Notes: generated from the sequence alone by a model not told the origin. Shown: positions 15,988 to 39,543, counted from the whole stretch's first letter. The stretch is DNA of 62,918 nucleotides, filler included, from Reclinomonas americana ATCC 50394 (GCA_048213135.1; 7 parts of 3 records of this genome joined end to end with filler, not necessarily neighbours in it); one strand, 5' to 3'. Numbers and translations are program-made.

Positions 15988-16729
15988 NNNNNNNNNNNNN
16001 NNNNNNNNNNNNNNNNNNNNNNNNNNNNNNNTTGCTCGCACTGACGCACTCCTCCTCACTGCTTGTCACGCACTCACTCACGCACGCACGCACGCACACA
16101 CGCACACACTCGCTCACTCGCTCGCCTGCTGCGGAAGATCTGCTTGTGAGGCGTGATTCGTGATCAGAGGGTGAGAGGCGCGCGCGAGCAACGTCCCGCC
16201 TTTTTCCGAAACCGGACCGATATTATTTCCTGTATTTATTTTGGTAATAGTGACTGAGATTGCACGTGGAAGAACGGAATGCATCGATGTGCGATAACGA
16301 GGTGCTTTGAAGTGAAGGAGCGAAAGGCGAGGAGAGGCAGGAAATTCGTCGAATTCCGGTCGAATTATTGGAATTGTGGATTTCCACGACGCCGACAGCA
16401 GTGCAACAACAACGACAGCAACTTTGCAAATTCCAAGAGCTTCACAGGTGCAGAAACTCAGATGTCACGGAAAAAACGAGGAAAAGTCGAGATGACTAAT
16501 GCTGGCGTTTCTGCAAGAGAAACCACGGCTCACGACAAGCATGGATTCGACGCCGAATTCCAAACAGGAATGCAGAAAGATAGCAACAGGTGCTGGTGTC
16601 AGAACACATAGGAAAAACCAACAAAGCCATGCAACGTGCAAGAAAGTCCGGGAAGGCGCTGAGGTGCAGTCGAGTGGTTGTCGCTGATGATGGTGATGCT
16701 CACGGGAGTTGTCACTGCCGTCTGTTGAT

Positions 16730-17070
16730 TCTGGCAACGGCACCGTTGCCAGATGTAATGGTCGTGGCGCGCAGCGCAACTGCACAGTTTCGACAGCAAG
16801 CGATCCGTGTCGTCACTGCTTCGACGCTCCTGAGGTGAACGGCCATACACCAGTTCGGCCACGTTGTCACCAGTCCGTTTCGGGACGATGCCACCGGAGC
16901 CAAACACCAGTGTATAGAAGACTACGCGCTTCAACGTGTGTTGCTCGACAGCACGCATCAGATCGCGATACTTCTCCGTTTTCTTCTTAGCAGCCGCAGC
17001 GTCTCCAGCGAGCTCTTTCTGTCATCTTGCAGTCGTCCGTCAGTCGGCCATGATGATGAATACGGTTGAA
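16730..17070 (-). mobile_element. Possible decayed 3' fragment of an RLE-type non-LTR retrotransposon
   Basis: One intron-free frame reads IIMAD*RTTAR*QKELAGDAAAAKKKTEKYRDL...VVFYTLVFGSGGIVP...LLSKLCSCAARHDHYIW. This resembles the D...A...KxxKY...(hydrophobic)GxxG end of restriction-like endonuclease domains and contains two in-frame stops. Confidence 0.35.
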
Positions 17071-17246
17071 CTTGGTCATCAAGACAGCTGTTGCTTGTTT
17101 GTTGGCGAATGAATTGTTGTTGTCAGCAGCGACCTTTAAGAAACACCCTTCTCGGCATTCAATGCAGCAAAACTGGCATCACGTAAAGGAATACATTCAA
17201 CCTCGATTCAGCACCCATTCTTTCCCTCTCCCCTACTCTCTCCCTC

Positions 17247-27539
<10,293 letters not shown>

Positions 27540-28020
27540 TGTCAATCGCTCAATACATGAAAGTTGTCAATGGTTGCCGGATTCGGGAGGTTTCTCGACG
27601 TCGCGATGGTCGTAGGTTCAAGAGAAGCTCACTGCCTTGCTGTGCCATCTCCGCTCGCGTTTGTTGCACGAATGCAGAAACAGCTGCATTGCATGAGGCT
27701 TTGTTCGCCGGATTCGAAGATTCCGAAGGCCACAGAGGAAGGCTCACTTGCGCGTCTGCACAGTGCGCTATGCAGCACACTTGTAGCAGAGTCATATAGT
27801 GCGCAATGCCGCAAACTCGTGCTCTGTTTTGCACTGTTTCGAGGTTTTCCGAAGGACTTTTCGTCTGCCATCATCTCTGTGCACGACGCGAGGAAGACAA
27901 CCATTGCCTCGCTCACCTACACACTCACGCGGCACTTCATCTCCACTACTTGGCCCACTGCGAAAAGCTGTCAGTTGTTGCCGGATTTGGATTTTTCGCG
28001 GGCTTTTTCTCATCGTCAAC
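27540..28020. promoter_or_regulatory. Probable bidirectional promoter between DIS3L2 and MPI
   Basis: Divergent ATGs are 481 bp apart and the interval is free of microsatellites. Confidence 0.5.
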
Positions 28021-28225
28021 ATGGCGTCGTGGTGTGTTGAGCTGGAGTGCCCTGCGCAGACGTATGCGTGGGGTCGTGTTGGTCTCACCAGCTCTGTTGC
28101 GCGANNNNNNNNNNNNNNNNNNNNNNNNNNNNNNNNNNNNNNNNNNNNTTAATTAATTAANNNNNNNNNNNNNNNNNNNNNNNNNNNNNNNNNNNNNNNN
28201 NNNNTCTCGTCGTCGTCTCTCTTCT

Positions 28226-28297
<72 letters not shown>

Positions 28298-31200
28298 TGC
28301 TCTCTGTCCTCCCTCTCTCATGCTGCATTGCTTCACTTCCTCTGTCTTGCATTTCTCCTCATCTGTGTGTGTGTCTCTCTCTGTTCGCTCTCTGTCCCTC
28401 TCTCTCTCCTGCTACACGATGTTTCACGTCGCTGTATTTCTCCTCATCCTCCTTGCGTCTCTCTCTCTCTCACTCACCTTTTCCCATCCTCTCCTTGCAC
28501 TTGTCATCCTTGTCCCTGCCCTGCCTTCCCCTTCATTCTGCAATTTTCTCTTTCCCTCTCACTCTCTTCTCGTTCTACATTCTTCTCCTTGCCTCTACCT
28601 CTCCCTTCTCCTCTATCTCTCTCTTTCTCTCCTTTCCTCCCCTCTCTTTGCATTTCGTCGTGCTCCCTTGTTACTCTCTTGCTCCTCTCATTTGCCTCCT
28701 TCTCCTTCCATTCCTCCTCACTTCCCTGATCCACGCAGGCGACTCGAGCTGCATCCAGGAGACCAGCCCATACGCCGAGCTGTGGATGGGCACGCACCCG
28801 AATGGTCCCGCGCGCATCCGTTCCGCTGGGGACTCACAGTTGCTCTTCCCTCCCTCCCTCGCCCTCCCTCCCTTCCCTCCCTCTTTTAACGCACTCCCCG
28901 CTCTCTCAGTGGCACGCTGCTGGTCGACTTTCTGCACAGCGAGGCCGGAGCGCACTTTGTCGGCGATGAAGTCCGCGCGCGTTTTTCCGACGGCAAGTCC
29001 CCTTTTCTTCTTCAAAGATATCGTCGTCGCTCTCCATCTCACCCTTCTACACACACAGAGGGCCTGCCGTTCCTCCTCAAGGTGCTCTCCGTCAACAAGG
29101 CCCTCTCCATTCAGGCGCACCCCGATTCCACATTGGCGCGGCAGGTGAGCAAGTGCCTCCTTTTCCCTTTCCCTCCTAAGAAACTCACAACACCGCGCAG
29201 CTCTTTGAGAACCACCCCGACGTGTACAAGGACCCCAATCACAAACCGGAAATGACGGTGGCACTCACTCCGTTTGAGGGTCTGTGTGCGTTCCGACCGC
29301 GTCACGAGCTCATTCACTATCTGGCCACGGTGCCGGAATTGCGGTGCGTGCCGTCCCCTGCTTTTGGCTTGTGTCGTCACTCACTGACTTGCCCTTGTTG
29401 TTCAGTCGCGCTGTCGGCGAGGAAAACGCAGTGGCCATGGAGTCGCACAGCGGCGACGACGAGTCGTTCAAGCCGATTTTGCGTGCGGCGTATTCTGCGC
29501 TCATGGATCTGCACGACAAGGGCGTGCAAGTGTTGGTGGAGCCGATTGTCGAGCGCATCAACAGCCACTCGGTGAGTGGAAACTGCAGAATCGCATGGCC
29601 GGTGGACAGACGTCTCACCTGCCCCCGCTCGCTCAGGAGAACACGCCGGAGGAGAATCTCATTCGACGGCTCGTTGGCGACTACGGCACGGCTGATGTCG
29701 GCGTGCTGAGCGTGTTCTTCCTCAACCTGGTCACGCTGCAGCCAGGCGAGGCGCTGTTCCTTGCCGCCAATGAGCCGCATGCGTATCTGTTGTTGCGTCT
29801 GAGATGAAGGAGAAGGGGGGTGAAGGGGATGAGAGGGATGAAGGGAGAAGGGAGATGAAGGAGAAGGAAGGGATGAAGGAGAAGGGAGAAGGGAGAAGAA
29901 TAGAGAGAGAGAGAGAGAGAGTGAGGCAGAGGCAAAGGAGGGAAAGGATGAGGCAGAGACAAAGACGGAAAGGATGAGGCAGAGGAAGAGGAAGAGGAAG
30001 AGGGAGAGGAAGAGGAAGAGGAAGAGGAAGAGGAAGAGGAAGTGGAAAAGGAAGAGGGAGAGACAGAGGCAAGGAGGCAGAGGCAGTGAGGCAGTGGACG
30101 AGGCAGAGAGGCAGAGGCAGAGGCAGAGGAAGGGGCAGAGGCAGAGGCAGAAGCAGATGCAGAGGCAGAGGAAGAGGAAGAGGCATAGAGAGAAAGGATG
30201 AGGCAGAGGCAGAGGAAGGGAAAGAGGAAGAGGGAAGAGGCTGAGGAAGAGGCAGATGCAGAGGCAGAGGATGAGGCAGAGGCAGAGGATGAGGCAGAAG
30301 CAGAGGAAGGGAAAGAGGAAGAGGGAAGAGGCTGAGGCTGAGGAAGAGGAAGGGAAGAAACGAAGAGGAGGTGGAAGGGGCAGAAGCGGAGGAAGAGGAA
30401 GAGAAGGAGAAAGAAGACGAGAAAGAGGAACAGGCATGAGCAATCAAAGGCCACACACCACACCGCACGCATCGAGATATTTCGTTTCCGCCGTCCCTCT
30501 CCTTCTCTTTGTCGTATTCAACCTCTCCCGCATCATCTTATCCCGTTGATCCAGTCTGTCCTTATCTCCTGACTGCTTTGCTTCATACTGCTCTCTGGCT
30601 CTTCCGTCTCTCTGGTGGGAGGCACGAGCTACACAATGCCGTCTGTCACAAAACGCTATCTCGTTTCCACCGTCCCCGTGCTGTACTTGCTCTCACTCCG
30701 CCTCTGCCGCTGCATCTTTTGCCGTTCTCTTGACCGCTTTGTTTCGTGCCACTGCCTGGCCCTTCTGTGTCTGTGGTATACAGCGTCGTACATCACAGAG
30801 CATGCGCGATATCTCGTTCTCCCCTCTGCTGCACCGTGTGCCCCTGCCGCTGCCTCTTATTCTCTTGATCTCTCCTCTTTGCTAGTCTTTCTTTGCTTGT
30901 CCTTTGCTTCTTACTCTTTCCCTTCACCCCTTTGCAGCGGTGACTGCGTCGAATGCATGGCCTGCTCCGACAATGTCGTGCGCGCCGGCCTCACGCCCAA
31001 GTACAAGGACGTCGCCACCCTGTGTCGCATGCTCACGTACAACACTGGCAAACCGGCCGACTTGGGCCTCTTTTATCATGCCCGCGAGGCGTCGCCAGGT
31101 TGGTTTTTTTGTGCCACAACCGGCTCCCGCAATTCTATTCCTTCATCTTCATCACATCTTCGCCACAGGAGTCTGTGCCTACGTGCCCCCGGTTCCCGAA

Positions 31201-31443
31201 TTCCAAATGCACCGAGTCTCCGTTGGCGATGCCGGACCGCCGTCTGCCGATTACGAGTGCCGCGGTCCGTGCATTCTGATTGTCCTCGATGGCAGTGGTG
31301 CGGTGCGCAATCAGGCCGACGGCAGCGAGGTGGCGCTGCGCACTGGCGTGATTCACCTGCTGGCCAACGGCTCACGCCTCTCCTTTGTCTCCGACTCACA
31401 CCTGCTGGCGTTTGTGGCCAGCTGCAACTTTTCGGCCTTGTGA
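28021..31443 (+). CDS. MPI: Mannose-6-phosphate isomerase, type I
   Basis: Motifs [87 protein letters not shown] and YVPPVPEF. One GC-AG intron near 28993. Confidence 0.97.
29950..30350. repeat. (GAGGCA/GAGGAA)n hexamer array in an MPI intron
   Basis: Directly visible. Confidence 0.93.
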
Positions 31444-31537
31444 TGCTCACACAGTAAACAACAGAAACAAGGAGAGAGAGACTGGTCTTATTGTTGTTCT
31501 GTGCTCTCCTCTCCGACACAATATATGTATGTAGAGA

Positions 31538-34500
31538 TTATCTCCGCCCTCCGCTGCGCTTCATCGGCAAGTCGGGGAAGCGCAGTGGTGTCTTCAGGTA
31601 GACAATGGTGCGCGCCACAAAGTCGCCGGATGCCGGCGCAGCCGCAGATCGCGATCGCTTGCTGCTACCGGTGCTCTCTTCCGCCGCCGCCGCCTCATCC
31701 TCCTCCTCGGTGGCGCCTGGCATCGGTTCGTCGCCGTCGAGAATCACAATCTTGCCACTGCGTGACGCAAACACAAGAGTTAGCACACTGGACGACGACA
31801 ACACACAGCGGTGTGCCAGCAACGCAACGATGTCCGGCTCACACGAGCGGCTTCCTGCGCGCACCCGAGCTCGCGGAAATGCGTCAAGAGCTGCGCCCGA
31901 CCAATTCCCAAATCGTCAATCAGCGGCGTCGGGTCCAACCGGAAGTCGGGTGACGTGGAGAGCGCCAGCACCAGCGCGTAGTTGAGCATTTTCAGCTTTT
32001 TCGCCTCGCTCCACGAGTAGCTGGCCGGTGTCGGTCCCTCGGCCGGTCGCAGCTCCATGAAATCGGTCTTCAGGCGCTCGTACACCTCTGGCGGCGCAAA
32101 CAACATTTGCGACAATCTCTTGTGGTCCTCCTCGTTGCGCAGCACCTTGCGGTGCGCCTTGTACAGTTTCAGGAGCATGCGGCAGTAGACCAAGATCGAC
32201 AGCACGAATTCGACATTGTCGGGAGCGGCGACGAGAGAGTCGAGCACGCTGAGCACAAAGAACGACTCCTTCTTCTCCCGCCTCGCCTCAGCCAGCTGCT
32301 CTGGTTCGGACACCAGGCGGAAGAGGTGGCGTGTGTCGAGGGCGTTCCACTGTTCCGTGGTCAAAATGCTGCCGAGAGGGTAGACGTCGGCGGGGGTCTC
32401 CGCGTCCAGGTTGAAGGGGGGGAGGAGGGGGCGGTCTGTAAAGGGGAAGGGGGTGGGAAAGGGAAAGGGTGAGGGGGTAAAAAGGGAAAGGGTGAAGTGG
32501 GGGAAGGGAGATTGGGGAAAGGGGGAAGAGAGGAAGGGGGAAGGGGGAAGGGGAAGGGGAAGGGGAAAGGGTGAGATGGGGGAAGGGGATAGGGGTAGGG
32601 AAATAGGGGGCGGGGAGGCTTGAGGGCTGAGGGTTGAGGGTGGAGGATTGAGAGTTCAGTGTGCAGGGTGGAAGGATAAGGGAATGAAAAGAGGAGAGTA
32701 AAATGTGGAAGGTGGCGGGTGCAGGGCTGAAGATGGAAGCAGATGGGAATGGTGGAGTGAAGTGGGCAGAGTGGCGGTAAAGTGTGAGGGTAAAATGTGT
32801 AAGGTGATGCGTGGAGGATGGAAGAAGGATGGCGGTGAGAAGTGAAATTTAGTTGGCTCAGATCTGAGCGCGGAAAGTGGATGCTGTAGAATGGAGATCA
32901 AACAAATAGGGACAGCTGCAAGTGCAGAGTTGGGACTGAGGGCGAATATAGAGACAAGCGAGAGAGGGTGGGGGCTGAGGGTAGATTAGAATGGAGAGGC
33001 AGGATGTGAATTAAGCAGTCCGCACAGCAACACGATGTGATGAGAAAGTGAGCGCACGGCACTGTGCAAAGAGTACAGGATAAGCACAAGCAGCGACACT
33101 GCTTGCCAAATAAAGAGGGACTTCCCTGATGCGTCTGTCTGATGACGAAAAGGGAGGAGAAGAGATTGAGGACACAGACAGAGAGAAGAAAGAGATACGT
33201 CCTCTGTCAAAGGATTAAACAACCATCGAACTGTCTCATGCTCCTTTCCCAATCGGCCACTCACCCACTTCCACCGACACAGTGGCAGCGCGCGCCACCC
33301 TACCCAGCAACTCCGATCGCTGAGCCACCAGGCCCATCACATGACTCACGTCGCCCGTGCGCTCGTACGACACCTGATACTCGGCATTCGCTTTGATAGA
33401 GTTGCGCTTCTGTACGCTGCCAAACTCGCCATGTAGCCTCTCCATGTCCTGGTGGAATGCAGTCAGATTGCCTGTGTGCACTGGCAGATGGAGATGAGCA
33501 AATAAAACAACAGACCTTGTAGCGGCCCTCGGGGTTGTGCGAGTTGGCGGTGAGGAGGGTGTCACGACGCGCGCCTTCGCGGCGCACCGTTTGCATCATG
33601 CGCACGGGTTCGGGGACTTCGACGACGCGGACTTTGTTGGTTTCGGGGTCGTAGAGGCCGACGGCATACCTGCATATAGGGGAAGGGGGTGGTGAGGAAA
33701 GGGGTGGGGGAAGGGAGGGGAAGGGAAAGGGAGGGGGAAGGGAGGGGCAAAGAGGGGAGAGGGAGGGGTAAAGAGGGGAGAAGAGAAGGGGAAGGGAGGG
33801 GAAGGGAGGGGAAGGGAGGGGATGAGGTGATAAGAGGGGAAGGGAATGGAAGGAAAGGAAGAGAGGGAGGGAAGAGAGGGGAAGAGACTAGAGGTGATGA
33901 GAGGAGAGGAGACAGGAGAGAATGGAAGGCAAGAGAGAAAATGAGAAGGGAAGAGAAAAGAAGAGGAGTGAAATGAGAAAACGGAGAGACAGAGCAAGAG
34001 ATTGACAATGCATCACGACAACATCACAACTGGGCTAATACAACAAGTGGTGCAAGCGACGAGGAAGGAATACTCTCTCTCTCTCTCTCAAAGAGAAAGA
34101 AAGAGTCTCACTCTGAGAAAGAAAGGCTCTCTTAAAGAGAGACGTAGCCATACTCGAGGCGAATGGCGAAAAGCGAACTCATCGTCTTCATGACAGACGA
34201 GGCAACAGAAGAACTAGGAATGACCAGATATACATCGAGAACTGTGCCACCTCAGGCCTCCCTTCCACCCTCCCCCAGCCACTCACCGCACAGCACGTGA
34301 CGACGACCGCGCAGGGTTGGCTCGACCCTCGTACTGCAATCGCTCGGTCTCGGCCCGGTAGATGACGCGGTTCGGCAGCCGCTTGCCCTCCAGGCTCGCT
34401 GCGACAGAGGGCGACGAGGCCGCGACCACTGCCAGTGGTCGCTTTCGATCGAAGCGGGTGAAATGCAGCTCGGAGAGGTGCGAGGGGACGCAGCCGGGGA

Positions 34501-35132
34501 AGGTCACTGTGGAGGGGGAGGAGGGGAAAGGGGGTGAGAGAGAGAGAGGATGCAGAGGGAGTGAAGGTGTGTGAATGAGCAAGTGTGTGTGTGTGTGTGA
34601 GTGAGAGAGAGAGAGAGAGCGAGAAAGAGAGAGAAAGCAAAGGCGTGTCGCTGATGACGATTACTGACGAGGTGCATGGAGTGACGTGAGTGCGTGTGGG
34701 TGCGTGTGTATGTATGTACGCATGTGTGTGTGTGACTGCGCTTGTGTGTGTGTGTGTGTGTGTGTGNNNNNNNNNNNNNNNNNNNNNNNNNNNNNNNNNN
34801 NNNNNNNNNNNNNNNNNNNNNNNNNNNNNNNNNNNNNNNNNNNNNNNNNNNNNNNNNNNNNNNNNNNNNNNNNNNNNNNNNNNNNNNNNNNNNNNNNNNN
34901 NNNNNNNNNNNNNNNNNNNNNNNNNNNNNNNNNNNNNNNNNNNNNNNNNNNNNNNNNNNNNNNNNNNNNNNNNNNNNNNNNNNNNNNNNNNNNNNNNNNN
35001 NNNNNNNNNNNNNNNNNNNNNNNNNNNNNNNNNNNNNNNNNNNNNNNNNNNNNNNNNNNNNNNNNNNNNNNNNNNNNNNNNNNNNNNNNNNNNNNNNNNN
35101 NNNNNNNNNNNNNNNNNNNGAGAGACAGAGTG

Positions 35133-35177
<45 letters not shown>

Positions 35178-35499
35178 TCTCGCGCACACACGCGCACATG
35201 CACTGTGTCACTCTCATCATGCAACTCGTCACACACTGCAATCAGCAGAAACGCGCCTTCTCTCTCTCGCACACACACTGCCTCTCTCTCATTACTCTCA
35301 GAATGCACTCTGCACACACAAGAGGGGCGAGTGTGCTGCTCGTGCACATGCACATGCACAACCCACTCACTCTCATTTCCATCTCTCACTCTCTGCGCTC
35401 TTCATTCTCACTGCGAGAGTGGACGACGCAACAGAGAATAGGTGGCTCGCCTGAGCTCACACGCACAGACACGACGTCCTCGTCTCCTCCGGCCGCCAT
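31538..35499 (-). CDS. RPA49: RNA polymerase I A49-like subunit (RPA49/PAF53/POLR1E family)
   Basis: First exon MAAGG...EPPIL (35499-35433) splices in phase to LTFPGCVP (34506). Further motifs: AETERLQYEG, EFGSVQKR, LLPPFNLDAETPADVYPLGSIL, KMLNYALVLAL...LIDDLG...HFRELGC and YLKTPLRFP. Confidence 0.85.
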
Positions 35500-36198
35500 C
35501 TCCACCGTAGACTACGAGTGGTTATGTAAATTGACGAGTCGGTTTCTAAACTGATTTGGTGACCAGACCGGCACACCTTTATCTTCACGTCGTCCACTGT
35601 TATGTCATACGCGCACAAACACGACATTAGGCCGACGTCTCTACCATCAGGATGAGAAATTTGCAGTATCAAGTCAGTTTCCTCGAGCGCATATATATAG
35701 CTCGAGCTCTTTAGGTTCTGAAACGTCTGTATGATGTACTGAGCATTAAACCTGTGGGTCTTTCGTTGTTATGCGATGCAGATCACAGTTCCTGATTCAA
35801 GTTCCGACGAAGCGAAGACAACGAGGATGCCTGTTCAGCTGCGTTTCGGCCAATCCAGAGATTGGATGTGCCGTGTACGATCGCAGAAAACGCTACACGT
35901 CCATGCAAGCGCGTGAAATCCACCGTTCAACCACGCGTTCTCGACTTGTGAGAGCGAATTCGAACAAACGCACAAGAAACCTGCCGCTGCCATCAAGGCT
36001 GGTGTTTGTGTTGATGTTTTGGATATGGCTGTCCTCGGTAATCAAGACACCTGTCGCTTGCTCACGCTCACCCTTGACCCGTCCTCTCTGTGCCATCTCC
36101 CAACATCTACCTTTATATCTCCCTTCCTTCACACACACGCACACGCACACATGCACTGTACAGTTAAAATAGTACACACAAACGCTCCATCACGCGCC

Positions 36199-39070
36199 TC
36201 ATGTCAGCTGCCTCGGATCCGACGCGTACTCCCACTGGCATCGCTGGTCGAGATCCTCGTAGAAATCGAGATACTCCCGCACATTCTGCTTGCGCACAAA
36301 CGGGAAGAGCACGTTGCTAGAGGTGCTGGTGGTGGCAATGAGTGAGCGTGCGTGGCTGGTGGCGCGACGCATCGGTGTGCACGAGTGCTTGGCCGCGACG
36401 GCGCGCGCCGCCTCGCCCGGCACTCGCGGCAACTTGCTCATCTCGAGCAGCACATCTTGCGCGGCCACCAGACCCGCCGCGATCCCGTCGTCAATGTGCG
36501 AGTAGACCCACGCCGCCAGCGGGATCAGTTGCTCGTGAAGCAACTGCGTGCATACGTGAGGGAGTGCGAGAAGCAAAGAGAGAAGGGAAAAGAATCCACC
36601 TCTTTTGAGGCCGACTCGAATTCCAGCAGGTGAAACGTGTGCACGTCGAGCAGCAGCTTGAGGAGAAGCAGGTGCGACCCGGAGACAATGGAGCGCCGAA
36701 TCGACCGTACTGTGGTCTACAATACAGAGGTCAGTACGCCATGCACGTCATGGTCTCGCCTCCGCGCGACGCACCTCGAGCGTGTCTAATGACGGCAACA
36801 TATTGACCAGCTCCACAAAGGCGCGCGCTCGAGCCGCACATTCTGCCTGCTCGCGCATGATTGTCGTATCACCATCGCCGCTCTCGCACGGCGCGGACGA
36901 CGATGGTGACTGCGATAATGGCCGCTTCAACCGCAAATGTCTCCACGTGGTGGCGGTGGCCAGCGGCGGTCCCCGGTCCACGTCCATGTAGTACCTGTAG
37001 TGCTCCTCGACGACCTGCACCAGGCACTGCAGCATGTCGTCCCCACCGAGGACACGCGACAGGGAGAGGTAGCCGGCTGCACATAGATGAAGAGTGCGTG
37101 AGCTTGCGCTTCATGTGTGCGTGGCAAGAGCGTGGAGACTTGCCTCCTTCCAGGCACTTGAAGACTTCGACACCGAGAGCCGTGTTGCACGGATGAATGC
37201 GCGAGAGGATGACTGCGGGCAAAGGGCGATGAGCAGGAGGACGTGAAACGATTTACGTCCTTCACACACGCACGCACCAGCATCTTGCGGGTCCACTGGT
37301 CTGCCGTGCAATCGACTGCGATACGGGCGCGCCCACATACGTGGCTCGCAGCTGCGTAGCAATGTGTCGGCAATGAATAATTCGGAAGAGATTAAGCAAG
37401 TTGTTGGAGGGCGCAACTCTTCGCTGGCATCCGAGTCGGAGCTCTCGTCACTGATTGGGAGGAGGACAGTGAGTGTTTGTGAACGTGATGGATCGACGAT
37501 ATGCAGATCGGAGTGAACCAGTGGGAAAAGAGAATAGAAGGGAACGTGATTGTCGTGTGCCCGAATGTGAAAGAGTGAGTGCTGGTGAATGTGATGGATG
37601 GACGAGGTGACGATATGCAGATCGGAGTGAACCAGAGGAAAAAAGCGAGAATAGAAGGGAACGTGAATGCCGTGTGTCCGAATGTGAAAGAGTGAGTGCT
37701 GGTGAATGTGATGGATGGACGAGGTGACGATATGCAGATCGGAGTGAACCAGAGGAAAAAAGCGAGAATAGAAGGGAACGTGATTGTCGTGTGCCCGAAT
37801 GTGAAAGAGTGAGTGCTGGTGAATGTGATGGATGGACGAGGTGACGATATGCGGATCGGAGTGACCCAGTGGAAAAAGCGAGAATAGAAGGGAACGTGAT
37901 TGTCGTGTGCCCGAATGTGAAAGAGGAAAGGAAGCGTGAAGGGAGTGTGTGCAAAGTTGAGCTGCAACGTCAACATGATACAGGCGCGGAAGACGCGTGA
38001 AGGAGAAAGGCATGAACGAGTCAGCGTGCAAAATAAGCGGGACGACACGCGTCCGCGTGAAAGAAATTGCAAGTGCCCTTTCTCTCCCTCACTCCATACC
38101 TGTCGCCATCAAAGAAGTCCACCACCGACACATACTGCAGCGGGTCTTCGTCTCCACCTGCATCCTCCACGCCTCTGCGCCCGCCGCCGCGACCACCATC
38201 CTCCTCATACCCGACCGGCACAATCTCGTCATCCTCATCCTCATCTTCTTCTTCATCCTCCTCCTCCGCCCCCGCCTCCTCCTCGGCCGCACGGCGAACA
38301 TCCATGATACGCCGCCGCACGTACTCCTCATACGAGGTCACGTCGTTTTCCACACCATAATGTTCCTCCTCGTCTTCTACTTCCTCCTCGTCCTCCTCCT
38401 CCTCCCCATCCTCGTCAAACACGCCACCTCCAAACGGCACCAAGTGACGCATATGCCCCATGTCGTGATCCACATCATCATCGCCCTCCTCCTGCTCATC
38501 CTCACCTCCTCCATCTCTCCCACTGCGCAGCGACAGGTACCGATAGTCGTGCGACTCCTCGTCGGCATTGTCGGGCCCATGTCGCCACGCTGACGCAGAG
38601 AACACCAGTGGCGAGTGGCGACGTCGCAGCATGTACTCGTCTTGTTCCTCCTCGTCCTCCTCCTCCTCTTCGTCCTCATCGTCATCGACGACTGCCTCGG
38701 GTGCAATAGTCACCACCGGAGGACTGGTGTGTGTGCGAATGAGATGATCACGGGACATTACATAACAGAGGGCGCTCCGCTGCTGTTGTGTAATGCCACA
38801 CTCACCGATGATGCGAGTGGCGCGAGAGAGGGCGGCGATCGTCTGCGAATGTTGTGTGCGGAGAGCCGTGAGCATCAAATTTTACAAGAGAGCGTCTGTG
38901 TGTGTGTGTGTGACTCTCTCTGTCTCTGTCTCTCTTTATGTGTGTGTGTGTGATGTGTGGAAAGAGGGAAGTGGAGAGAGAGAGGGAGAGAGAGTGAGCG
39001 CGTGTTTTGATCACCTCCGAGACGCCAAATTCGACTCATTGTTCGTTCGCTGTTCTTCACGGTTGAGCCC
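36199..39070 (-). CDS. Hypothetical multi-exon protein with a long Asp/Glu-rich N-terminal region; start uncertain
   Basis: Acidic open frame ~38100-38725 plus several GC-rich exons with GT/GC-AG boundaries, ending ...EYASDPRQLT* at 36199. No recognisable domain. Confidence 0.6.
37496..37925. repeat. Intronic minisatellite, 117-bp unit, about 3.7 copies
   Basis: GTGACGATATGC recurs at 37607, 37724 and 37841. Confidence 0.93.
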
Positions 39071-39543
39071 CCCTCTTGTCGTGCGTGCGTGTGAGAGTGA
39101 TGAACGAGAGAGAGAGAGGGAATCAACGAGGGCACACACAAGCGCGCGAGGGTTTGTGCTGGTGTTTGAGCACAAAAGTGGCCAATTGTGATGTCCGAAC
39201 TCGCGCAAGAGAATTCGCGCCAAAATCACATACAGAAACGTCATGCAGCAAAGGCAAGCGTGTCACGCAGCTCTTTGGAGTAAAGTGAGATAACGCACGC
39301 CTCCAGAGATGAAGCAGCAAAGGAGAGGAAGCATGTAAACAACGCACATCCGGAATGAATGCGAGGTGCATGCGATGGATGGGAGGGGGCAAGATGGGAA
39401 CGAGAGACAGCTGGGCGAGAAAGAAGAGTGTGCGGAATGTAGAGAAGAAAAAGAATGAGCGAGTGGATAAGTAAGAGCTCTTCCCATTTGTATTTTAAAA
39501 AGAAAACACGAATAAAACACCTCTCTCCTGCTTCACGCGCTGC

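Noticed and set aside
35500..36190. AT-richer segment as a foreign insert or separate gene
   Set aside because: No sustained ORF or terminal repeats; it lies between the hypothetical gene's stop and the RPA49 start and is best read as UTR/promoter.
37111..38072. Long repetitive ORFs in three frames; also considered as a CRISPR-like array
   Set aside because: Produced by a 117-bp (multiple of 3) intronic minisatellite; there are no unique spacers or cas genes.
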